In this document: piece by piece, positions 19,525 through 29,009 of the stretch | Layout: each line of letters opens with the position of its first letter | Numbering within the stretch: the first letter of the stretch is position 1 | Assembly (NCBI GenBank): GCA_965248435.1 | Contig: OZ252100.1 | Location: forward strand, 64,001-128,000 | DNA: 64,000 nucleotides | Source of the DNA: Candidatus Latescibacterota bacterium | Lineage (GTDB): Bacteria > Latescibacterota > UBA2968 > GCA-2709665 | Reading direction: 5' to 3' | The notes under the pieces: generated by a model | Database searches by the model: none | Seen by the model: the letters and a program-made list of their open reading frames with translations, nothing else | What the model was told of the DNA's origin: nothing | Translations under genes and position numbers: made by a program

Positions 19525-20382
19525 TCAAAGGCCGATGCGCGAGAGAAATTCCTCCATCCCAGTGATGCCCAGGTTGACCCTGAAGAGCCCGCCGCCATTC
19601 TCCTCCCTACCACCTCCCGCGCTGGTAATATAAATGTCTGTGCGATCTGCACCGCCAAAGGTCAAGCTGGTGACGAGTTTCGTCGAAACAGAGATCCGTC
19701 GCTCTTCTCTGCCGTCCGAGGTGTAACGAACAATACAGCCACCCCCGTGATACGCAGACCAGACGTAGCCCTCTGAATCGACCGTGAGTCCGTCTGGAAC
19801 GCCATCGTCCGGATTTGTTTCGAGGAAAACCGTCTGGTTGGTCAGATGGCCGGTCTCAATCTCGTAGTCAAAACTGTAAATCTTTCGCGATGTTGAATCC
19901 GTGTAGTAGAAGGTCTTTCGATCTAGGGTAAATCCCATACCGTTGGAAAGCCCGACGTCGTCCAGGATGAGGTCGAGGGTGCCATCCGTGTCGAGCCGGT
20001 AAAGCCGGGCCAGACCCCCCTCCGGAGGGATCGTTCCGCAGAAGACCCGACCTTTCGGATCGGCAATAACGTCATTGAACCGGGTCTCCCGATCTTCTGG
20101 ATATCCTTCGAACACCGTGCTGAGCGTCCCGTCCTTCCAGGTCCGAATGGCCCCTTTTCCCATAAAGAAAAGCAGCGAACCGTCGGCCTGGATCGTAAAG
20201 CCACCCACGACATCCCCATCGTAGAATTGTTCATAATTCTGGGTGGCCGGGTCGTACCGGAACAATCTCCCTTGCGGAATGTCTGTCCAGTAAATCCGGT
20301 TCTCCTCAGGATGCCACAGCGGGCCCTCGCCAATTTCGCATTGGGCATCAACGATCAGTTCGGGTTTTGTAGTCTGCTCCAT
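19525..20382 (-). CDS. SMP-30/gluconolactonase/LRE family protein
   Basis: GEGPLW, RFND, SNGMGF and PDGLTVDSEG motifs; start MEQTTK. Confidence 0.92.
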   Translation of the reverse strand: MEQTTKPELIVDAQCEIGEGPLWHPEENRIYWTDIPQGRLFRYDPATQNYEQFYDGDVVGGFTIQADGSLLFFMGKGAIRTWKDGTLSTVFEGYPEDRETRFNDVIADPKGRVFCGTIPPEGGLARLYRLDTDGTLDLILDDVGLSNGMGFTLDRKTFYYTDSTSRKIYSFDYEIETGHLTNQTVFLETNPDDGVPDGLTVDSEGYVWSAYHGGGCIVRYTSDGREERRISVSTKLVTSLTFGGADRTDIYITSAGGGREENGGGLFRVNLGITGMEEFLSRIGL

Positions 20383-20613
20383 ACTCAGCCGCCCTCTCTT
20401 GTGGGCCACAATCAACTGAGGAAAAATCCCTTTAGGATGGATCACTATCTATACCTCAAGCCTTGAATTGTCAAGGCAATTGTGAATTTTTGGAGAATTA
20501 TCGATTGCCTTCTGCCTTGCTCTTTCCTATGATTTCAAACGCTTATCGGGGAAGGCAAAAAAAGCCCGGATGCCGAGTTGGCACAGCGTGTAATCCAAAC
20601 AAAGGAGATCTCT

Positions 20614-20907
20614 ATGGCGCAAACCGTGGACGATCTTTCAATCAACTACGAGGAAGATGGGGTTCTACTTTGCAAACAGCTGGACCGTTTCGTGCTCTCT
20701 AAGGGCGCGTGGGCCACACTCATGTACCTTTACCAGGATCTGGATCGGAAAACGGGCGATTACGGGCCGAAAAAGGTAGCCATCCGACGCTATCAGAAGC
20801 GAGATGGTGAGTATGTGTATAGAAGCAAGTTCAACATCTCGAGTATGGATCAGGCGAGGAAGATCATCGAGGCCCTGCAAAACTGGAGTAAAGCAGAAGA
20901 ATCATAG
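20614..20907 (+). CDS. Small hypothetical protein (97 aa)
   Basis: Strong RBS AAGGAG before ATG 20614; beta-rich with a C-terminal helix; function unknown. Confidence 0.75.
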   Translation: MAQTVDDLSINYEEDGVLLCKQLDRFVLSKGAWATLMYLYQDLDRKTGDYGPKKVAIRRYQKRDGEYVYRSKFNISSMDQARKIIEALQNWSKAEES

Positions 20908-20936
20908 AAGGGACAGATTGGCGGGGGAGCGACGCG

Positions 20937-23636
20937 TTACATCGAGACACCGAGGAGGCCACGGGCGAACTGGAAGTCTGTGTTGCCTTGAAGACGGGTC
21001 TTAGGGGTGTAGCGGCGAGAGGCAACCTCAACGATCAGTTTGAGCATTTCCTCCGAATTTTTCCGGGTGTCTTCGCCCAGGAAGAGATCGATATCCTCTC
21101 CGTAGTTCGACTTCAAAGCATCGCCTTCCGAAATCAAAATCGTTGGAATCATCGGGTGACCCTGCATCGGATGTCCATCTATGTATCCCAGTAAGACTTC
21201 GACGCCTGTTGCTCCGATGCCGGTGAGGTTCTCAACCCACTGCTCGGTCGGGCTCTCCATAACGTAAAATCCGGATTCCCTCGTGGGCTGTCCGTAGGCC
21301 AGAGTCGGAGTCGTCTGACTCGATAGGAGCGTGTCCTCGACGAACCCGGGAGCTGATAGGAGGCTCCCCCTCTCCGGGACAACGACGGTTGCCCCCGCGC
21401 TGACGAGGGTTCGGATCAATTCGCCCAGACTCCGTGCTGCGGCTTCGGATAGGAGACCTGCCCCAACCACGCCGACACGCAGGGCATCGAGTTTTTCCTC
21501 TTCACATTCCGCGCCGCGACAATCAGCAATCTTTTCTGAAAACCAGCGTTCCACTTTCTCCAGTACGCTTTCTATCCCTCCGTCGAGTTGCACGCTCGCC
21601 CACCCGAATCTACCCGGGTCGATCCCTCTCTCGTTCATCTCGTGTCTGAAGTAGTCATTGTGGGTCATCTCGCATCCGTGCTCGAGGAGCAGTCCGAATT
21701 CCACGAAGGGATGAGTGAGGTGGCCGAGCATGGCCTCTGTATAGTGACGAAACGCGGACTCCCCGGATACCCCGCACCCTTCGCTATGGGGCAATGCGAC
21801 GAACCGGGAAATCCCTGTTTCGCCCCCCAGACGCTTGGCGTTGAAACGCTCCGCCGCCATCTGTGCGATTTGACTCGAACAGAGGCTGGACGGCAGAATC
21901 AGCCCCACACGGTCAGTCGTGGTGCCCCGATCCGTCCGGATGGCCTGGAATCTGAACTTCGATTCGAGGCGTTCCGTTCTTATCGGAGTGGGCTTTCCAT
22001 CTGGCGGCGGAATCGCGCGCAACTCGGCGACATTCCCAGCGTCGTTCTGACTCCAGTCCCTCCAGATCGAGACCTGGCTATGCCCGGCGATCTCCCCCTT
22101 GCTGAGTTCGCCTGAGGCGACGTTGATCGTCTGGTTCAGCATCTCCTCGCCGAGCTGATCCATGGGACGGCCCTCCAGATATGCCCCGGCATTCACATCC
22201 ATCTCTTCGGGCAGGAGGTTGTATCGGCGGGTCGTCGTCACGACCTTCAGGGTCGGGACGAACGGGAAATTCGTAATCGCCCCATTGCCAGTCACGAAGA
22301 AAATCAGGTTGCAGCCTGCGGCAACCTGTCCGGCGACGCTTTCCAGGTCGTTTCCTGGACTATCCATGAAATAGAATCCGGGCGTCAGCATCCGCTCACC
22401 ATATCGGATCACGCGATCCACACGAACGTCAGGGTGGCGCTTCATCCCAGCCCCGATGGATTTGAGCACGATGTTGTAGAGTCCTCTGAGCCGGTTGCCC
22501 CCCGAGGGGTTCCCCTCTGCCGTCGTCCCGTGCCACTCGGCAAGCGCCCTGTAGCGCTCGATGGTAGCCAGGAATCGCTTTGCCGTATCCTTGTCTCTGA
22601 CGTTTCGGAGGATGTATGATTCCGCACCGATCAGCTCCTGGGTCTCGGCCAGATTTGCGGCGCCCCCGAATCGGATGATCTCCCGGGCGACCCAGGCAGC
22701 GAGCGGATTCCCCGAAACGCCCGAAAAGGCATCGGAGCCCCCGCACTGAAGGGCGACCTTGAGGTCCCCCGCGGATTTCTCTGTCCGGGGGGTCTGGTTC
22801 ACGGCCTCCAGCCAGCCTTTGACGATCTTCTCGCCCTCTCTAAGGCCGTCCTGGAAGGCGCCGGTCAGGGTCAGGAACCGGTGCGGCACCTCAGCGAAGG
22901 GATAGTTCTCGGAAGCCATGTAATCTTGAAGCATTTGATTCGTGACCGGTTCGGTGCCGTAGTCAACGGCCAGGACCGCGCCCACGTTGGGATGAACGAA
23001 AATCCCGGCCAGGGTCCGTAGCAGCAGATCCAGGTTATTCGGGCGGTCCTTGCTGCCCCCTTCGGTGTGGGCTACAGGGACGATGGCATCTACGTTTTCG
23101 TAGGACGAGGTGTAAGGCTTAAGATTCGACGATAGATGTCTCGCGTAACTTGCTGTTCGGGAGGTCGTTCCAAGAATCACAATACAGTTTCGAGTACCCA
23201 CGCCGCGTGAAGCACCTCGAGGGTATCCTAGGAAGGACCGCGTTGCCTCGTGTGGCGCGACTTGTGTCCCGGGCCGAAACGGGGTTTCTGTGAGGGTGTA
23301 GGGCACGACGCGGTCTTCAAAATTTGCCTCGGAGGGGAGCCTGGCGTCCACCTTTCTGAGTCGCATCGTCTCGAGGATCAGCTTGTTGCATACGTATTCC
23401 CCCGGAAGGATCTCGCGCGTGGCCAGACCAAAAGGCATGCCCCACGAAAGCAGGGGTTCGCCTGGGGCGATGCGGCGAATGGCGAATCTGTGCCCCTCCA
23501 AAATCGTGAAGTCGACGGACAATCGTTGGTCGTTGAATTCGACTCGGGTGCCTGGTTCTAGGATACGGGTGGCAATGGCCACGTTATCCTTGGACCCTGG
23601 CAGATGCCCGATCTGGTCGAATTTGACGTCATTCAT
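20937..23636 (-). CDS. UxaA/GarD-family sugar-acid dehydratase with a duplicated catalytic region
   Basis: SAF domain (DNVAIA), GTRN, LQCGGSD and GNPSGGN motifs, then a second copy with HSEGCG and GCE. Confidence 0.85.
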   Translation of the reverse strand: MNDVKFDQIGHLPGSKDNVAIATRILEPGTRVEFNDQRLSVDFTILEGHRFAIRRIAPGEPLLSWGMPFGLATREILPGEYVCNKLILETMRLRKVDARLPSEANFEDRVVPYTLTETPFRPGTQVAPHEATRSFLGYPRGASRGVGTRNCIVILGTTSRTASYARHLSSNLKPYTSSYENVDAIVPVAHTEGGSKDRPNNLDLLLRTLAGIFVHPNVGAVLAVDYGTEPVTNQMLQDYMASENYPFAEVPHRFLTLTGAFQDGLREGEKIVKGWLEAVNQTPRTEKSAGDLKVALQCGGSDAFSGVSGNPLAAWVAREIIRFGGAANLAETQELIGAESYILRNVRDKDTAKRFLATIERYRALAEWHGTTAEGNPSGGNRLRGLYNIVLKSIGAGMKRHPDVRVDRVIRYGERMLTPGFYFMDSPGNDLESVAGQVAAGCNLIFFVTGNGAITNFPFVPTLKVVTTTRRYNLLPEEMDVNAGAYLEGRPMDQLGEEMLNQTINVASGELSKGEIAGHSQVSIWRDWSQNDAGNVAELRAIPPPDGKPTPIRTERLESKFRFQAIRTDRGTTTDRVGLILPSSLCSSQIAQMAAERFNAKRLGGETGISRFVALPHSEGCGVSGESAFRHYTEAMLGHLTHPFVEFGLLLEHGCEMTHNDYFRHEMNERGIDPGRFGWASVQLDGGIESVLEKVERWFSEKIADCRGAECEEEKLDALRVGVVGAGLLSEAAARSLGELIRTLVSAGATVVVPERGSLLSAPGFVEDTLLSSQTTPTLAYGQPTRESGFYVMESPTEQWVENLTGIGATGVEVLLGYIDGHPMQGHPMIPTILISEGDALKSNYGEDIDLFLGEDTRKNSEEMLKLIVEVASRRYTPKTRLQGNTDFQFARGLLGVSM

Positions 23637-23723
23637 CCTGCGAATCTCCCTGCTAGTGGCCCGAGCTGCTGGGACGTATACAAAAAATCAGGCCCAAAGT
23701 CAAGGAACTGAGCGAAAATTCCC

Positions 23724-23752
23724 TTGCTGGTTAGGACGGATTGGATTATACT
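23724..23752 (+). promoter_or_regulatory. sigma70-type promoter of the dtxR1-feoAB operon
   Basis: TTGCTG-17 bp-TATACT. Confidence 0.6.
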
Positions 23753-23761
23753 ACTAACAGA

Positions 23762-23779
23762 TGTTTTATTAATAAAACA
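23762..23779. promoter_or_regulatory. Perfect 18-bp palindromic operator
   Basis: TGTTTTATTAATAAAACA just downstream of the -10 box in a GC-rich genome. Confidence 0.75.
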
Positions 23780-23812
23780 CACCGCATGCTTCCCAAACCG
23801 CGGGGATGGGCC

Positions 23813-24343
23813 ATGACTACTTCAGATGTGTGGAAGGCTTTCGAGGAGAACGAGATAACCCATAGCGTGGCGCATCACCTTGCTGCCATTAGAGATCTGT
23901 CTCAGCAGCACGGATATGCGAGGGTCTCAGACGTCGCCAGGTATCTCGACATTACCCGGGGGAGTGCCTCCCTTACGCTCAAGGCACTGAAGCAGAGAAA
24001 CTATGTGCTGGAGGACCTAAACAAGCACCTGAGGCTTTCGGAAGACGGACAGCGCGTGGTCGACGTGGTGATGGCCTCACGGGCCATCGTCCGAAAGTTC
24101 TTGCGAGATGTCTTGCACGTTGAAGAGAAACAGGCCGAGATCGATGCCTGTAAGGTCGAGCATCTCCTGAGCGTGGAGACAGGAGAAAAGCTGCTGCATT
24201 TCGTCAGGTTTCTGATGTCCGAGGCACCGATCCCTGAGCGCTTCCTGGAGGCCTTTTGGGGCGAGAAGGAAATCTGCCACGACATAGAAGATTGTCCCAT
24301 CTGCGAAGAAGAATGCCTTCTCCACCTGCACGTGGAATCTTAA
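23813..24343 (+). CDS. DtxR/IdeR-family regulator with a C-terminal 4-Cys tail
   Basis: wHTH (ARVSDVARYLDITRGSAS), DACKVEH motif, tail CHDIEDCPICEEEC; no FeoA/SH3 domain. Confidence 0.88.
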   Translation: MTTSDVWKAFEENEITHSVAHHLAAIRDLSQQHGYARVSDVARYLDITRGSASLTLKALKQRNYVLEDLNKHLRLSEDGQRVVDVVMASRAIVRKFLRDVLHVEEKQAEIDACKVEHLLSVETGEKLLHFVRFLMSEAPIPERFLEAFWGEKEICHDIEDCPICEEECLLHLHVES

Positions 24344-24382
24344 AGGCGTTGGGAAGGAATTGGTTTCAGAGGGGATCTTGCA

Positions 24383-24697
24383 ATGCGATATTCACTGATG
24401 GCGTCCACTCCCCGGAGGCTTCAGAAGTCCGCGGGCCAACCCGAGGACAGAACGCCTCCGGAAACGGTGGCGGAAGGCCCGCTGACGACCTGGCCAAAGG
24501 GGAATGAAGGCCGGGTGGTTGAGGTCGGAGGTCTTTCCCGACTTGCAGCCCGACTGCGAGAGCTCGGGGTCGTGCCGGGTGCCAGAATTCGGCTTTTGAG
24601 GACCGGTTGCCCGACGGTTATTCAGGTAGAAGAAGGTCGCTATTGCCTGAGAAAGAAGGATGCAAGCTTGATCAAGGTCAGGCCTAGGAGCTCATGA
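24383..24697 (+). CDS. feoA: Ferrous iron transport protein A
   Basis: RLRELGVVPG...LRKKDA FeoA pattern; overlaps the feoB start; own start uncertain. Confidence 0.82.
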   Translation: MRYSLMASTPRRLQKSAGQPEDRTPPETVAEGPLTTWPKGNEGRVVEVGGLSRLAARLRELGVVPGARIRLLRTGCPTVIQVEEGRYCLRKKDASLIKVRPRSS

Positions 24698-26931
24698 GCA
24701 ACCCGAACAGTGTGGAAGTAAAGCACCCGCGGAATGAACGAATCAGGACCATTGCCCTGATCGGAAACCCCAATACGGGTAAGACGACCCTCTTCAATGC
24801 CCTCACCGGGCTCTCCCAGAGGGTCGGGAACTACCCGGGGGTTACGGTCGAACGTCGTGCGGGGCCGCTCAAGCTTAATGGGGAAACGGTCGAGCTGCTG
24901 GACCTGCCGGGCACTTACAGCCTCGCGGCAAATTCGCCGGACGAAATGATTGTCGCTGACGTCCTTCTGGGTCATCAGGCGGGTGAATCAGATGTGGACG
25001 CCGTCGTGGTCATCGTGGATGCCGCAAACCTGAGGCGGAATCTCTACCTGGTCTCTCAGGTGATGGAGTTCGGAATCCGTACAGTCATTGCCCTGAATAT
25101 GGTCGACCTCGCCGAGTCCGCCGGAATTCGTGTTGATCCAGAGCGCCTGTCCGAGCGGATCGGGATCCCGGTGGTTCCCATCTGTGCGAACAAGAAGCGG
25201 GGACTCGATGACTTGCGACACGGCCTTTCCAAGACCCTTTCGGGCCAAATAGATCGTTCCGGATCTGACCTGTCTCGATTCCTGGGTCCGCTGGGCGAGC
25301 AGGTCAAGGCGTTGAGGGAGGAGGTCAACCGGTCAAAGAATGGGCAGGCCGGAAATGTGTCGGAGGTCGAGTTGTATCGCGCCGTCGTGGACGAAGGCGG
25401 CTACGCGGAGAAGCGCATCGTCGACACGCTCGGGCCCGAAGTTGCGCGAAAAGTGACCGGAATCCGGTCGAAGCTGCAGGCGGACCGACCCCTGTCAACC
25501 CTCGAAACGGAATCCCGCTATGCCTGGATCGACCGGACCATCTCGGACGCGCTCTCCCGGCCTCCGATGCTTCAGACAAGCCTGTCAGACCGGATCGATC
25601 GATTCCTGACGCACCGCATCTTCGGAACGATTGCGTTTGCCGTTATCATGGGGATCGTTTTTCAGTCCATCTACGCGTGGGCCCTTCCTTTGATGGACGG
25701 AATCGAGACACTGTTTTCAGAGTTGGGCCAAGCTGCGGCCTCGTTCCTTCCCGAAGGGGCGATCCAATCCCTGGTCGTAGATGGGGTGATCGCTGGCGTG
25801 GGGAGTGTGGTCGTGTTCCTCCCGCAAATCGCGATCCTCTTTTTCTTTCTTGCGCTACTGGAAGGATGCGGATACATGTCTCGTGCGGCTCTGCTTATGG
25901 ACCGCATGTTCAGGTGGTGTGGACTGTCCGGTAAATCGTTCGTCCCGATGATCTCCAGCTTTGCGTGTGCCATTCCCGGGATTATGGCCACACGGACGAT
26001 AGACGACCGCCGAAGCCGGCTGCTGACGATCCTGGTCGCGCCTCTGATGAGCTGTTCGGCCCGACTTCCGGTCTACACGCTTTTGATCGCGGCGTTTATC
26101 CCCCGCGAAAGCATTCTCGGTGGCTGGATCGGCATCCAAGGACTTACGTTGTTTGCGATGTATTGCGTCGGTATCGGAGTGGCCATTCCTGTGGCCTGGA
26201 TCTTGAAGAAGAGCCTGTTGGCCGGAGAATCATTACCCTTTGTCATGGAACTCCCGTCATACAAATGGCCCGATTCGAGGACGACCTACCTGCGAGTTTA
26301 CCTGAAAGTCAAAGCATTCGTCACCCGCGCTGGCACGATCATCCTCTCGGCGGCAGTCGTGATGTGGGCGTTGGCCTACTTTCCCCGTTCGGATCGAATC
26401 GAGGAGACGTTTCGAGCGGCACAAGAAACGGTCAGGCTCAACCAGGTGGGGGAAGTCCAGGCGAGCGCGCTTGCAGCACTAGAGGCTCAGATGAGCGCGG
26501 AGTTCCTTGAGCAGAGCCTGCTTGGCCGTGCCGGTCGCTTTGTAGAACCGGCCGTGCGGCCGTTGGGGTGGGACTGGCGAATCGGTATGGCTGCAATCGC
26601 CTCCTTCCCCGCTCGTGAAATCGTCGTTGCCTCCCTGGGGACGATCTTCAGCGTGGGCAGCGACGTGGACGAGACGTCGCAGACGCTGCGGGATGTGATG
26701 CGGCAGGCCGTAAGGGCCGATGGGACCCCACTGTTCACGATTCCGGTCGCCCTCTCGATTATGGTCTTTTTCGCCCTGTGCGCACAATGCGCGGCCACCC
26801 TGGCGGTGATGCAGCGTGAGACCGGGTCCTGGCGGTGGCCGATCTTTGCGTTCACCTACATGACGGGTCTGGCCTACCTGGGGGCATTCGTCACCTACCA
26901 GGCAACCACGGCCCTGGGGTGGGGAGGCTAG
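24694..26931 (+). CDS. feoB: Ferrous iron transport protein B (full length)
   Basis: GNPNTGKT, NYPGVT, DLPG and NMVD G-motifs; gate domains (FACAIP, MSCSARLP, MELP). Confidence 0.95.
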   Translation: MSNPNSVEVKHPRNERIRTIALIGNPNTGKTTLFNALTGLSQRVGNYPGVTVERRAGPLKLNGETVELLDLPGTYSLAANSPDEMIVADVLLGHQAGESDVDAVVVIVDAANLRRNLYLVSQVMEFGIRTVIALNMVDLAESAGIRVDPERLSERIGIPVVPICANKKRGLDDLRHGLSKTLSGQIDRSGSDLSRFLGPLGEQVKALREEVNRSKNGQAGNVSEVELYRAVVDEGGYAEKRIVDTLGPEVARKVTGIRSKLQADRPLSTLETESRYAWIDRTISDALSRPPMLQTSLSDRIDRFLTHRIFGTIAFAVIMGIVFQSIYAWALPLMDGIETLFSELGQAAASFLPEGAIQSLVVDGVIAGVGSVVVFLPQIAILFFFLALLEGCGYMSRAALLMDRMFRWCGLSGKSFVPMISSFACAIPGIMATRTIDDRRSRLLTILVAPLMSCSARLPVYTLLIAAFIPRESILGGWIGIQGLTLFAMYCVGIGVAIPVAWILKKSLLAGESLPFVMELPSYKWPDSRTTYLRVYLKVKAFVTRAGTIILSAAVVMWALAYFPRSDRIEETFRAAQETVRLNQVGEVQASALAALEAQMSAEFLEQSLLGRAGRFVEPAVRPLGWDWRIGMAAIASFPAREIVVASLGTIFSVGSDVDETSQTLRDVMRQAVRADGTPLFTIPVALSIMVFFALCAQCAATLAVMQRETGSWRWPIFAFTYMTGLAYLGAFVTYQATTALGWGG

Positions 26932-26932
26932 G

Positions 26933-27109
26933 ATGGTGATGGACTGGCAGTCGATCCTGGTTATCGTCATCGCAGCGGCGTGCGCATTCTGGCTGGTCAG
27001 ACAGTTCCTTCGGCCCTTCCTTGTGACTGAACAGGATGCAGGATGCGGCGGGGCTGCGCCGTCGTCCAGGCCAGGGCAGCTCCTTGAAGTGTTGCCTCCG
27101 GATGAGTAG
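26933..27109 (+). CDS. Small FeoB-associated membrane peptide (58 aa; not in the ORF track)
   Basis: MVMDWQSILVIVIAAACAFWLVRQFLRPF...GCGG...; RBS GGAGG; starts 2 bp after the feoB stop and is followed by a terminator. Confidence 0.7.
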   Translation: MVMDWQSILVIVIAAACAFWLVRQFLRPFLVTEQDAGCGGAAPSSRPGQLLEVLPPDE

Positions 27110-27152
27110 CTAGAACGCTGCAGGACAAAGTGTTCTATCTTTCACGTTAAGT

Positions 27153-27188
27153 GGGCGATCCCTCTGTTGCGGGGCGATCGCCCTTTTT
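27153..27188 (+). terminator. Intrinsic terminator of the first feo operon
   Basis: GGGCGATC...GATCGCCC followed by TTTTT. Confidence 0.75.
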
Positions 27189-27236
27189 GTTTTTGTGTTT
27201 TCTTTAAGAAGGGTTGCATTTTTGAAGAAAACAGAC

Positions 27237-27279
27237 TTGACATTTCTCTCTCTAAAACATATTTTTAGCTATTCCTAAA
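27237..27279 (+). promoter_or_regulatory. sigma70 promoter with an overlapping DtxR/MntR-type box
   Basis: TTGACA-17-TATTTT; TTTAG-CTATTC-CTAAA at 27264-27279. Confidence 0.8.
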
Positions 27280-27337
27280 CTTTTTTTCGTTAATGCCTCA
27301 GATTTCGGACTACGTCTGATCAGCCCAAGGGGAGGTC

Positions 27338-28564
27338 ATGAAAACACATTCCTTGCACACAGGAGGAGGACCGGTCAGAGTGGTGATCCTCTTGCTCTGC
27401 GCGGTTTGCTTAACGACCTGCGGCAAGCTGCTGACGAGCGCGCCCGAGGAGGGGGAGACCCTCGACGGCACTCTGGACATTTCGCCAGCCCTCAATTCCT
27501 CGTTCGCAAGAGGGGATGAGCAGTTTGAGCGGGTCTTCACGATCGCGGACGGCCTGGGTCCGATCTTCAATCAGCCCAGTTGCGAAACCTGCCATCCAGG
27601 CGATGGTCGAGGAACCCCATTCACCACGTTAACGCGCTTCAGTGTTGCGGGTGACCTGGTCCCCAAGCTAGGAGGGGGTCAGCTCCAGGACAAGGCCATC
27701 CCTGGTGTGTCGCCAGAGGTCCTTCCGCCCGGTGCCGAGACTTCTGTAAGGATGCCTCCTCCCGTCTTCGGAATGGGGCTGGTCGAAGGCATCCCGGTCG
27801 AGACCCTGGTTGCACTGTCAGATCCGGATGATGCGGACGGAGATGGGATCTCTGGCCAGATCAACTGGGTGCAGGCGGCCGATTTTGTGCCCCCAGAGGT
27901 TGTCGGGTCCGGACCTGGCCTAGCCGTGGGCCGGTTCGGTCGGAAGGCCAATGTCTCCTCGCTTCTTGAGCAGGTGGTGAACGCATACCGTGAGGATATG
28001 GGCATAACAACCGACTTTGCGCCAGACGAGGTCTTACACCCTCAGGCCGGGGATATGACGATTGGTGACAACGTCCCTGACCCTGAGGTGCCGGCTTCAG
28101 AGGTCAATGATGTGATCATGTACGTACGTCTGCTCTCGCCACCCAATCGGGGCGAAATCACGGATGCGGTCCGCCGGGGGGAGGCCCATTTTACGGAAAT
28201 CGGGTGTGCCAGTTGTCACATTCCCACACTAAAGACTGGACCCAATCCGATCCCTGCTCTGGACCGGGTCGATGCCAACCTCTACTCTGACCTACTCCTG
28301 CACGACATGGGCTCGGAGCTGGCCGATGGTCGTTCGGATGGGACGGCTAACGGGTTCGAGTGGAAGACCCCGCCGCTGATGGGGCTGCGCCTGGCTGCGG
28401 ACGCACTTGGGGGAACAGCCTTCTTGCTCCACGACGGCCGGACTTCTGACCTTGCGGACGCGATTCAACTGCACGGGGGAGAAGCGGAGGCGTCTCGCAA
28501 CCGGTTTCTGAGTCTTTCTGAAGAGCAACGTCAGGACCTGATCGCATTCCTGATGTCCCTGTAG
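27338..28564 (+). CDS. Di-haem oxidoreductase (DHOR family), probable lipoprotein
   Basis: GLGPIFN, CETCH, CASCH, GRFGRKA, YSDLLLHDMG, LLHDGR and HGGEA motifs; hydrophobic signal ending in Cys. Confidence 0.9.
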   Translation: MKTHSLHTGGGPVRVVILLLCAVCLTTCGKLLTSAPEEGETLDGTLDISPALNSSFARGDEQFERVFTIADGLGPIFNQPSCETCHPGDGRGTPFTTLTRFSVAGDLVPKLGGGQLQDKAIPGVSPEVLPPGAETSVRMPPPVFGMGLVEGIPVETLVALSDPDDADGDGISGQINWVQAADFVPPEVVGSGPGLAVGRFGRKANVSSLLEQVVNAYREDMGITTDFAPDEVLHPQAGDMTIGDNVPDPEVPASEVNDVIMYVRLLSPPNRGEITDAVRRGEAHFTEIGCASCHIPTLKTGPNPIPALDRVDANLYSDLLLHDMGSELADGRSDGTANGFEWKTPPLMGLRLAADALGGTAFLLHDGRTSDLADAIQLHGGEAEASRNRFLSLSEEQRQDLIAFLMSL

Positions 28565-28571
28565 CCACGAA

Positions 28572-29000
28572 ATGGGCGCAAGGAAGATCTCCCGACGTCG
28601 TTTTTTGTCCACTTCCGGATGCCTGACGGTGGGCTTACCGCTTTGGTCGTGTGCGACCGTTTCGATCTACCGTACGACCGTCGTAGGGGACCGCATTTCT
28701 CTTGATCGTTCGCGCTTTCCCGAGCTGAGCTCACCGGGTGGAGGGATTATGCTGCAGGCCAGGGAACTGGAGGACCCGCTCCTTCTGGTCAACGATGGCG
28801 GGAGACTTCAGGCCTACTCAGCCGTCTGTACGCACCTCAGGTGCAACGTGCGGCCGTCGGGCGGGTTCCTTGTCTGCCCGTGTCACGGCTCGACATATAA
28901 TCTAGGGGGAGGCGTCACGCGGGGTCCGGCAGCGAGGGCGCTCCCAAAGTTCGAGACGCAGACCATCGGAGACCGAGTAGAGATTGTCATTCCTCGATAG
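28572..29000 (+). CDS. Tat-exported Rieske [2Fe-2S] protein
   Basis: SRRRFL twin-arginine motif; CTHLRC and CPCHGS boxes. Confidence 0.92.
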   Translation: MGARKISRRRFLSTSGCLTVGLPLWSCATVSIYRTTVVGDRISLDRSRFPELSSPGGGIMLQARELEDPLLLVNDGGRLQAYSAVCTHLRCNVRPSGGFLVCPCHGSTYNLGGGVTRGPAARALPKFETQTIGDRVEIVIPR

Positions 29001-29009
29001 GAGAGAAGG

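Noticed and set aside
20579-20595. sigma54 promoter (TGGCAC), also at about 40373
   Set aside because: No TTGC/GC at the -12 position in either case.
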